NCBI GenBank assembly: GCA_951406725.2
Contig: OX597814.1
Coordinates: 44,702,001-44,766,000, forward strand
Length of the DNA: 64,000 bases
Origin: Octopus vulgaris
Taxonomy: Eukaryota
Direction: 5' to 3'
Every line of letters starts with the position of its first letter. Position 1 is the first letter of the stretch. The position numbers were made by a program, and so were the translations under genes. This document shows, one piece after another, positions 52,435-64,000 of the stretch. Under the pieces are notes generated by a model. That model was not told the DNA's origin, did not search any database, and saw only the letters and a list, made by a program, of their open reading frames with translations.

Positions 52435-52871
52435 TCACAAGGTGATTCAGCCTCTTGAAAATAACAGCGTAAACTCCGACCATTCCCACCTTTGTCTTGA
52501 ATTAAAACCAATAAAATTCCGTATATATAAACAATAGAGTTATCTACACTTGGACGTCTTTCACCATAGTTTTGTTCGACAGAAAGGCGACTTTGAGCTA
52601 AAGAGAGGGAGCAACTGCACAGGCGCAAGATCTGTTAGATATAGCTGTAAAATTAATCATAAAGCACAAACATTAGTCTTATCAAAGATTACATTTTAAA
52701 TCGAAGCCATCTCTGCGCACTACAGGCGATATATATTTTTTTCTATCGAACAAAACCAGTGTAGACAATTTTATCGTTTATATATAAGGTATTTATTGGT
52801 TTTAATTCAAGACAAAAGTGTGAATCGTCAGAGTTTACACTGTTATTTTCAATAGGTGAATCACATTGTGA
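52435..52871. mobile_element. MITE/fold-back element with ~130-150-bp inverted arms
   Basis: 52435-52584 is the diverged reverse complement of 52741-52871 (TCACAA.GTGATTCA..TTGAAAATAACAG.GTAAACTC..TTTGTCTTGAATTAAAACCAATAAA..TATATATAAAC..GTTTTGTTCGA.AGAA). Confidence 0.8.
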
Positions 52872-53862
52872 GAGCTCCCTGTCAAACAAACTAACAATAA
52901 GCAATTTTCTCTCTTCCTCTTCTTTTTCCTTCTTCCTTCTCGTTTTCCTCCCTGTCTCTCCCGGCTATCTCACTCTACTTTATCTCTTTCTCTCCTCTTC
53001 CCACATCTGTCCCTCTTTCTCCGTATCACAATCATGTTTCTTCTTCGTCACATTTTCCTTTCCTCTTTCTCTTTTCTTTCTCATTTTCTAGCCCCACCAT
53101 CCCCCACCCCTTGCGTTGTTGCCGTTAATTCATATTATCAAAATACATTGCTGATAATAACAGCCTAGTTATTTGACTACCTAAACCAAGTGGTTGCCTT
53201 TAGGCTCAGTGTGAGTTGTACTTAGTGAAAGAAATAGAAGGGTAGGTTTGAGGCTATATATATATATATACATACAGTTTCTTTAATACTATTTTTATTG
53301 AATATATTCTTGTAGTTCATCTCTTTAAATGAATTTCTTTAGACGTAGCAACAGTTATATATTTTGCAGTCTTCTAACATCTATGATATTGAGGGAACGG
53401 ACTTCAGAGAAAAGGAACATATACAATGAGGAGATTCCAAAGACATAACACTGTGAGGATAAACAATTAGGGTTATCGGTTAATGCATTATTTAAGCAGA
53501 GTAAGTAGACTGATCTAGCTTCACTTGATGCAGAACACGACCAGCAAACTCCGAGCAGCGTGAGCATAATGTAGTACTTATAAACAAAAAGGTAGAATAA
53601 TGTGATTATGAGTTTCTATACCAGAATTCAATGAGAGAATGCTGGTAGTTTATGGAAATAAGGTGTAACAAAAAAAACAGGTAAAAATAAAACATAATAT
53701 AATGAACTCTTCCTAAAAATTGGGCATTTTTTTAATTTTCAAATCAGCATACTTTATTTTGAAACTTATATACATAGGTTAATATTTTAACATCACCTGG
53801 TATCTGGTCAACTTATCGGCTTCGCTCGTACACAATTTAACTGCCACAAACGAACGCGCGTG

Positions 53863-53915
<53 letters not shown>

Positions 53916-55359
53916 ATCACCCAGGCATATGCACATACGAACATATATCGACACTACTCTGGAAATAGATGTCTTTGATTATAATCCCGTGTTGCTCATG
54001 ACAGATAACTACAGCATATTAAACACTATGCATATTTTAAGGATTGATGAGGGCATAAATGCATTTTTATTTCTATTAAAAGCCAGCATGATATTTGAGC
54101 CATTATACACATTATTTTCATTTCTTTCTGAAGTTCATGACAGAACGTATCGTTACTATGTTCCTTCTTAATAGGTTAAAATGATTTGTGTTGAAGTTTT
54201 ATTGTTCTCAGTCAATAACGTACATATTGGCAACGAAGACTGAAACTCATCACTTTAAGGTTTCCAAGAGTCGGTGATAAATGTGACAGATAAGCCACCA
54301 TCTTGGTAATAAATGTGACAGATAAGGACCAATGAAGTCAATTTTGCTTTTATATAAATTGAGCAATTTCACCTATCAAGCCATTCACAGAATACACTAT
54401 ACTGGAAGCTTTTGAAATTCCCACAGACCAGAATAATACTTTGCATTATAATCACTCCGCAATTATATCTTATTCTTCTGTAATATCGCTAATCTGCGTC
54501 TGCAAACGTCAATGGCATGCTAATTTTTATAAAGACGTTACAGGAAAATGATAAACGAGATTCATGTTTGAATGCTTCCTGAACAAACTTCTAAAGTCTT
54601 ATCTATGATTCATATTCTTCCATATCATCGTTTCTTGCATAATGATTACTATGTTTCTCTTTTAAACTTCAGCATCGACTTGTTAATTAAGTTACTATAG
54701 GTGGTTGGATTACCAAAGAAACTATGTTTGTTAGTAAGAAGAAATACATATCTAACCACCTATAAACAGACAGACGTTAGTATAACTTAGCAAAGAAATT
54801 ATTATTGGTCTTTCCCCAATGGAAGTTATGTAACAAATTTTATACTTTTTAATTGCTATTTACACCAACGTCGACTCTTTCTGAACAGACATGTGATGAG
54901 TGGCATTTAAGAAATATGATCCTGCCTGTCATTTCAGACAAAGTATTTCTACACGTACAATATACATGGCGTACTATATTTCTGGAGATTGGTTTTGAAT
55001 GCTGTTGGAGTGATCGTATGGAGTGATGCTGAGCAAAATATGAAGTTCATGTAGGCTAAAAAATAATGATGTTTCGAATCCCTTTTGAAATCAGTGAGCT
55101 TCCCTTACACACACAAATAATTCTTAGAGGAATTACGTTATATCCAATTTAAATATTATATATCTTTATTGTTTTTTTTTTCTTTACATCTTTTAGTCAT
55201 TGGACTCCGAACAGTCTAAGGCACTGCCTTAAAAATCGATATTTATAGAATAGTTACGTTTTATCTTGTAGTAAATAGGTGTTGCCTGATGCAGTTTTGA
55301 ACTGGTAAAAACAAACACTCACAAGCACCCACATACATACGGACATGCATGTATACACC

Positions 55360-55400
<41 letters not shown>

Positions 55401-55406
<6 letters not shown>

Positions 55407-55650
55407 GTCTTCGAAACGTAGAGTAGATGAAACCATAGCGACTGAAGAAGGGGTTTTTTCTTTGTGTTAATTGTCCTGTGCTCTATTTTTTTGTTGTTTA
55501 AAAAAATGTCCAGTTCCTTGGGTTTGTGTCTATGTTTTCGTTTCTCATTGTGTTCGACGTCTTTTTGGTGTCCTGTACTCATATATGCGTGTATATGTAC
55601 ATGTAGAGGTAGGTACGTACATTTATGTTTATATATATGCATATGTTTTA
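55401..55650 (+). repeat. Short non-coding repeat-like segment between (CA)n and (TA)n, starting with a GAAACGTA half-hammerhead
   Basis: ACATATGTCTTC GAAACGTA GAG followed by a T-rich body, similar in layout to the 16.7 and 36.7 kb elements. Confidence 0.4.
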
Positions 55651-55654
55651 TTTA

Positions 55655-55696
<42 letters not shown>

Positions 55697-55759
55697 GACA
55701 GACAGACACTGCGAGAGAGAAGTGGGGATAAATCATAATGTAAGAATTGTAGAAAATAT

Positions 55760-55910
55760 TGGTTTCAAATATTAGCAGAAGGCCAGCAACTCCAGGGGAT
55801 GGGTTAAGTTGGTTATATCCACTCCATAACTCAGCTGATAATTATTTTATCGACTCCGAAAGTTAAAAGATATAGTCAGTCTCAGCGGAGTCAGGAATCA
55901 GAACGTAACA
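55760..55910 (-). mobile_element. Degraded family-A SINE
   Basis: GGTTTCAAAT..AAGGCCAGCAA..TTTATCGACTCCGAAAG..CTCAGCGGA..CAGAACGTAA. Confidence 0.7.
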
Positions 55911-56219
55911 GTTTCGACCAGGGTTGGGCTGTTTGTGGACTATATAGCACATGTGAAAATATATGCGTGCATATATAGGCATCCCCATTTAACTCCTGAT
56001 ATCATTCATATTCTCTTAGTCGGACTATTTTATATCTATATGCATGCACATTTTTTCAATTAAATGTATCTAATATTCTGTGTAAATCGACTTGCATAAC
56101 TTGCTTGTCATTACATTTACTCCTCTACCGGCTCAAGTTGAAATCTGTTGAGTATTTCGAAGTGTATTCTATATAGAGAACGCATGTCTCTAACATATAT
56201 ATATATATATATATATATT

Positions 56220-56439
56220 ACTCAAAGGAATTCCATCTCTGTTTTTTCACGTTTTATTTATAATCTTCTAATATTAATATAAGATATAAAATAATATAGT
56301 TTAAAGAAATGAAATGAAGTATTAATAGACAACTAATACTTCATTTCATTTCTTTTTACTATATTATTTTATATCTTATATGAATATTAGAAGATAATAA
56401 ATAAAACGTGAAAAAAACAGAGTTGGAATTCCTTTGAGT
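56220..56439. repeat. 220-bp near-perfect palindrome (fold-back) embedded in (TA)n
   Basis: Arms 56220-56324 and 56334-56439 (ACTCAAAGGAATTCCA...GAAATGAAATGAAGTATTA / TAATACTTCATTTCATTTC...TGGAATTCCTTTGAGT); 9-nt loop ATAGACAAC. Confidence 0.95.
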
Positions 56440-56443
56440 TATA

Positions 56444-56504
<61 letters not shown>

Positions 56505-59500
56505 AATGGTCTTCTGTACAGTTCCCATCTCTCATATTTCATTCACGTAGTATTGGTCAACTGAGACTATAATAGAAAGCACCCAGGAAGCGCCGTAATG
56601 AAATAAGGCCTTGAACGCCACGGATTCGAATCCAACTAAAGAAATAGAAATAGAAATGCAGATATAACTAGTGTGGCTATGACTGAGTTTAATGGTATCA
56701 GATTACGTAGATAATATGCAGAATAAAAGTCGATCCCCTATATTTTCTTCATTGATAATTAATGATTCTTCTCTATCAAGGCATATATATCTTGAAAGAA
56801 AATTGTATAATGATGACTTCACGAGTGTACTCCATGTAAATCCAAAGAGAATCAGTCTTCTTTATTCTGAAACTGTGTATTTCAGTGTGACGTAAGTATG
56901 TGTAGACGTAAAACTTTATCCGGATACTAATTTTTTTTTTTTGAATCTCACCAATTCCTTTGCATCTCAAATACTTTGGGGGAGCTGTAATTTTTGCAGT
57001 TTTATTGATCTCTCTTTCTTTATATATATGACGTCTTACCTATAAAAGATAGTACGAAGTTGAATAAAATTATTTTCACTTGCCTTATTTTAAGTGCAAC
57101 CTTTCACACTAATTTCACCAATAAAATTCCTAACAACTATTAATGTTGAGGTCTAGTTGTTAGTATTCCTGTTGAGTCCTAAGTCGATCTTAATTCTACA
57201 TTGATATGATTAAGGTCGTTTCAAATGTAACTGTGAGTGTGTTGTTGTGTATCTAAAACTACATGGTCCAACGTGTCCTGCCTTTTGTAAGACGGTTTGA
57301 GAAAGATGAGGTTGCTTAATCTAGCTAGCCAAACGACCGCAAAGATTTTCTCTTATGACTCGAAATCATAACCAATTATAATTTATTGTGCATTTAATCG
57401 ATTATAGATTTTTTTATGTAGAATTGGCGTTGTGTTCATTCAAAATAAATTACTATTGTTTTGCATTTTGTTGTTATGAAAGCAGCAAATTAAACTACAC
57501 GATAACTATAAATGTCGGAAATATTTTAAGTTCTATTTTAAGATTAATATGTCACCAAATGCATAATGTCATTCTTCCGTTAAGCGGAAACTCTACTTTA
57601 CTCTAGTCAAACTTCAATGGAATGGAAGATTGCCGTTCCTGACGTTGAAGTAAGAATAATTTAGGAAAATGTCAGTTGTATCATATATATATATATGCAG
57701 CATTAGAAGTGACGAGGAGTGTCAGGGTGACACGAAATAGCATGTAGCTACATGCGTTACAGGACATAAAAAAAGATAATAAAGATAAAAGAGTGTGCTC
57801 GAGAGAATTTTAGACACCATCACGAGATATGAAGTTAAAATGCAAAATAGATTATGCATTAGCAATTGAAGCAATGTAGCCGGCGAGATGAAGGACAAAT
57901 ATAGAAAACATTTGAGGAAGGTAATAACATACGAGGAAAAATGTCTGCATACTATATAAAAAGAATTCCCCTTCCATATAGAGAAATTTTAACCACAGTA
58001 AAATGATAGATTACATAGTCACAGATGATTAAGTTTACCTGAGATAAAGGAAATAAAACTAAATCCCAATTATATTAAAAAAATGTTTAGAAGTTTCGTA
58101 GAAATGGTGAAGCACTTGAGTAAACGATGCATGGTGTTTGATTTGTACTTCGACGTTCCGTACGTTTAATCGTTTTCTTATTTCACATCGATGCTGTTCG
58201 TAAACTCTGTAGCTATAGCGTAGGTAGTTAACTTAAACAGATCTAAACTCAGAAGTGAAGTACTGTTGTATGGGACTTAATACCTAGTGCATGCTTTGTA
58301 AAGATAAACATTCATTGATATTTCTTGTGAGCTAAATGCAAATATTTTGCTCTCGCATATTACTAAAATATCACAGAACTAGGAATACCAAAAGTTTATT
58401 GAAGGAAACGTCACAGAAATCCGTCATAATCTTAGATTATTACTTGAGTCATAAATTATCAAGACCATTTACTACACAACTAATGAATCCTTATGACACA
58501 GATGAAAAAGAGAAAATAACTTCATTAGCTTGAACAGCAGCTATTTTAAAGTTAGAAAATTAGGAGAGTCGTTAACAAAATGGCGACAGCAATAGCAACA
58601 AATACAACATTTTAAAAAGTCATACTATCATTCTATTTCACTGTAATCACGGTATTTTTATGACGACAAACATGAAGTTACCAGTGCATTCTCCTTAGCA
58701 AGAGCAGAATCCTAAGGCGGGGATCTTTAATAAAGTACAAGATTAAATACAATGTGGAGTTGACATCTAATAAAATTCAGACTGACAAATCATACAGTCA
58801 ATAAAACACTAGAAAGGCCTCCTCTTAATACTCCTTTGAATTAAGAGATTTTCTCCTTAATTGCTTAAATTACTTGAAATAAAAATCATGCGCCCTTAAA
58901 TCACACTGCGTCGTTTTACATAACACATTGGCCATATATTAGGCACATTGGGGCTATATACCTAAAAACAAGTGGGATGAACATGATTCGAATGCCTTTT
59001 GTCGCACCTCTCTCTATTGTTTAACAGGGGTTAGCAAATAACAATATTTTGGGCCAAATGTTTACATGTAAAAAGACGTGAAAGTCGTAAAGGGATTAAG
59101 TAAAAGTTCAGAACAACATAAGATAACAGATTGCATCATAAACATTTTCTTTTTACCCCAAATTCAAACGAAGACAATTCCAAATCGTAATTTATTCTTC
59201 AAATTTAATAAATCGAAACCATTTTTCTTCTAGCGTAATTTACTTTCTTCAGTCTTTATCGTATCTTAAATGCATGTCTTTTAAAAATTTACCATACATC
59301 TCGATGTCTCCCAATTTTTGAACTTCAGTCAATAATTTTGTAGAACTAACTACAAGGGACGTCATTAAATATTTTGAACCTTTTATAGTAAAATGAACAA
59401 ATGGCAAATGCAATATAGAAGCGATAGGATGCAGGAATGCCAACACAAGGTTTTTTATAATTTGAAATCCACTGTATACGGTCAGCAAAATGTCTTATTT

Positions 59501-60748
59501 TCCATTACACGTAGTAGACACAACAAACTATTTGGAAACATTGTTACAGTAGACTAATTTATAATGGTTTGGGATTTATAAAACTACCAAGACCACAGAA
59601 ATTGACGTGCTTGGTCAACTGGACTTTTATACGTGTGATTTAATTTAGATCTATCTAATACATGAATAACGTATCGTTGTCAAGGTTTAATTTGTTTATA
59701 TCCTAGAAAAGATGCTTGTAAATCCAGCAATGTTTTTATCTAACGATTCTTTATTTTCTCTGCGTTCAATTTTAACAATTAGTAATTGCCTCAGCAGCAT
59801 GATGATGCCATTATTTTATAAAATTAAATCTACGATTACCTTACTCTACCGTCAAATGTATTTTATAATTGAATATCTTACGAAGCGTGTCTTGTTCTTT
59901 CTAACTACTAAGAAATGCCGTTTGTATGTAAGCCCTTGTAAGTGGCGTGTCGGGTAATTAACCATTTTAACACTTCTCTTGTATGCTTAGGTCGCATGAC
60001 ATTTTTATCTTGCCGAATACATATCTTCATAACATGTAGATTATATTTGTCTTCTGTTTTTTCCTTAGAATTATTATCTTTTTTTTTATTTTCGTGATCG
60101 TTTTTGAAATCCCCAAACAATCGAAAGTAAACATCTTCCACCGTAATCTACCATTCAGTTTTCTTGGCTTATAGAGCTTCAGTTCATTCTCAGGATATAA
60201 TTTCTTGGTTCACTTCTTGCATATAAGGTGTATTAGATCACTTTCTTTTAGTCGGCTCCAGCTTTCCGGTTCACACAAATGCTGAGATTGAGGAAATAAA
60301 TGCAAACTAAAACAAATAATGACAAATACAAAATTAATTATTCTTCTTCAACAACTCTCCTTGTAACGACGAAACATTGCGTACTTACAAGCAATTGAGG
60401 AAGCTTTTAAACTGAGGAAGCATTTATCTTGCACATTGTTACAGTGAACATCCACATGTCAGCATTCCTGCTATTATGAAAACTGTATGCTTCTAAGTCC
60501 TAAAGCCGAGTAGCCGTATCCAGAACATCTGTCAAAGTGTACGCTGACCTCAAACACTTCCTCATAGCTTTTGGGGATTCAAAACTAACATGGTTTACAA
60601 CAGGAACAAAAGCAACAACAACAACAACAAAATCGGCAGCAAAAGTAATTATTCAATTTATTTCGGCATACGTAAAATACTTTAAATTGAGCAAATTTTC
60701 TGCTATATGAATTCATTTATCATAGAATATTAGCAGCGAGTCATTACT

Positions 60749-60780
<32 letters not shown>

Positions 60781-61699
60781 TCTCATCATCATCAGTCATA
60801 GCAGCAACAGCAACAGCAACAACAACAGCAGCATTGCCATTGGAAAAGGAAGAAACCATACTTTTTTTTATGCCAATTAAGTAGTTAGTGTTAGGCAGAA
60901 CATCTTGTTATTCGCAACAAATTAAAGTGTAGCTCAAAGAATACATATATTGAAGTGGATGGTTTTTCAAAGTGTTCTATTATTTGCTTCATGTATGACT
61001 ATATTGTTTGTTTTGACGTTTGCTTGCGTGTGTGAATGTGCATCCGTTATCGTGTCTGTATATGCGAGCATAACATGATAAAAGTATGTGTGAATCCGTT
61101 TACGCATTTATATATATATGTATATATATATATATATGCAAGCATGTATTTATGTGTGCATGTATGAATGAATGGATATATGTATGGATTCATGTATATT
61201 TGTTTATATATGTGTTATATGTACATGTGTGTGTGTGTAGCATTTCTACATATGTGTGTATGCATTCACATATTGTATGTATAGAATTCTGAATACATGT
61301 ATATGCGTATGTATGCATCTATGTTATGTACGTACGAATACATTATGAATTTATATATGCGCATTTGTGTATGTATCGTGCATGCAAGTTTGATATTTCT
61401 GTGTGTTCATACGAATAAATGTATCGGAGGTTGGTGTTAAAATAGTTTTCAGGCAACAAAATTTGTCTTTAAAAAATACAAGTAATAAAATTCTACTTAA
61501 ATTAGACACACGGAGATACTTCCAGTGTAGCAGTGCTAGATATGGCACTGAGCAGAAACAGTTTAAGACAGCAAACATTTTCTAAATACCTGTATCTGAA
61601 TTTGCATATTTTTGTAAAAGCGATGTCTGCTGCACGAAATGAAATTCTATGAAAGACCAGTTTTCTATTCTTGGTTAATTAACCAAAAATATTCATTTA

Positions 61700-62389
61700 T
61701 TCCAACAGCATCTTTCTTTCCCCCTCACTCTCTCTCCCCACCGCCCGTTCATTCTCGTAAGCATGCAACCACCTAATCGCATACATATAGCTACAACACA
61801 TGCACAATCTCACTCTTTCTCTTTCTCTCTCTCCCTTTGTTTCTCTCAGTTCCCACTTTCTCTTTCTCTCGCTTTCTCTCTCTGTCTCTTTCTGTTTTTC
61901 GTTGTTTCTTTTCCTTATTTTCTCGTCTTACCTTATTCTCAATATTCAATTTTGTGGTCTCCTTCTTTCTTCCTCATATCTCTCACAATCTTAATGGTTT
62001 TTCCGTCGTTTTTTATTTTGATTTTACCTGCGTACCCTATGTTTCTTCCTTTATCTCATTCCATCTTTCTCATTTGTCATATACACCCTTCATTCTGTTA
62101 CACACACACATACATACACACACACACACACACCATATACACATATCCCTCCTTTTCTATTTTCCTTTCTTATACTCTTTCTATCCACACCTGTTTCTCT
62201 AAACGAATCAACGAATCCTTCCTCGTTCATTTTCTGTTTTCCTTATTCCCTCACAGAGACTTGCATTTCATGTTTTCTCACCTTTCTGTCCAGTTTTTAA
62301 ATATTTTCTTTTTCAGATATTTCACCGTCCATTTCTTTTTAGGATGACACAGCGTTCTCAGCCACACTCATAATTTCGCTCTCTCCCTA

Positions 62390-62427
<38 letters not shown>

Positions 62428-63250
62428 TCGCTCTCATATTTCCTCATCGAGCCAAATTTTTATGACTAGTTTTCCAATACTAGCGCCTCCCCTCACACTC
62501 AGTCGCTTTATCACTCAGTCTTCCGTATAACTTTTTCTCTTACATTATCTCCCTTTATCTCTAATCTTTTCTTTCTCTTTCACTATCACTTCATCTACCA
62601 TATTCTCTATTTTGTTTTCTCTCTATTTTGCTACATAACCTTCTGCTTAATATCATACTTCTTTATCTTAAATCATTTAACATCTTTTCATTTTATACAC
62701 TATCACTTCATCTAACATTTTCTCTGACGTATCGATGTTTTACTGTATATATTTCTGTCTAATATCTTCATATCTAATCGTTTAACATCTTTCCATTTTA
62801 CACACTATCTCGCCATCAACCATCTTCTCCATCAGCTTGTCTCTCTCTTTCTCCGCTCCTTTCTATTGTATCACTTTGTAACTATTTTCTCCCCCATTCC
62901 TGTCCGTGTACCTCCCTAATTTTTCTGTCATTTGCTCCCATTCGCAATATGTCATTTTCTTTTCATTTCTATCTTTCCTTTCATACATTTCTCATTTACT
63001 ATGCTTCGTATATTCGTTTTCTTCTTTCTCTCCCTGTCTATATCATTCGATTTCCATCTATGTACCTTACATTTTTTTTCACTTGCCACTTACCATCAAA
63101 AACCTGTCTTACATGTATTCATTCCACCTTTGTCAATTTCCCTTGTCTCGGACTCCATCTGTATACATTCTTGTTTCTTCTTCTTCTTCTTCTTTTTCTT
63201 CTTCTTCTATTACAACTACTACTTCTACTTCTTTTTCGGACTCTCTCCTT
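61700..63250. repeat. Long pyrimidine-rich low-complexity tract with (CT)n, (TTC)n and a degenerate ~110-bp triplication (62581, 62698, 62803)
   Basis: Directly visible; the F/L/S-rich ORFs here are artefacts. Confidence 0.85.
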
Positions 63251-63256
63251 TCATAC

Positions 63257-63801
<545 letters not shown>

Positions 63802-64000
63802 CATTTCGTTTTTTATTTGGTTTGCTAGATTCTTTATGTGAATTCGTGTGTTGAAGCATATTTTATTGTGCCTGGGTAAAGTCATTATGTTTTAATGCCT
63901 TTTTAAATTAACACACTCACCGGTTCGATTTCCACATGTTTGCTTATTTATTTTTTCTAAAATTTTCGCTGCTTCTTGCAACCTCTTCAATAGTCGTTGA

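Noticed and set aside
55411-55452. Type II hammerhead permutation (GAAACGTA...CTGAAGA)
   Set aside because: Stems I and II do not pair in that topology.
57700-60240. Faint RTE-like (57.7-57.95 kb) and mariner-like (59.9-60.2 kb) peptide echoes
   Set aside because: Too degenerate to call without a profile search.
61763-62347. 194-aa hydrophobic ORF
   Set aside because: Product of pyrimidine-rich low-complexity DNA lacking stop codons by composition.

Overview
AT-rich, microsatellite-dense eukaryotic DNA. It is almost certainly animal, and the tRNA-derived SINEs and repeat landscape look like a coleoid cephalopod (Octopus-type) intron or intergenic region. I find no intact host protein-coding gene, and most ORFs in the track are microsatellite translations or antisense shadows. 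The window is a transposon graveyard. It holds four degraded R4/Dong-like restriction-endonuclease (RLE) non-LTR retrotransposons (1.2-13.2 kb, all on the minus strand, beside (TATG)n tracts) and five Tc1/mariner-superfamily relics, one a full-length 1.27-kb mariner with TIRs. It also holds two Penelope-like elements, a Helitron-like element enclosing a LINE ORF1 fragment, many SINEs (tandem arrays, a TSD-flanked 1.8-mer) and two fold-back elements. The most interesting signal is a set of hammerhead-ribozyme-like motifs with palindromic stem III. One has a canonical core (33.4 kb) and several have recurrent non-canonical cores (CUGUNGA, or 8-nt cores), sitting in Penelope termini and in short non-coding TA-flanked repeats. 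All calls come from reading the sequence by eye, and boundaries of degraded elements are approximate.
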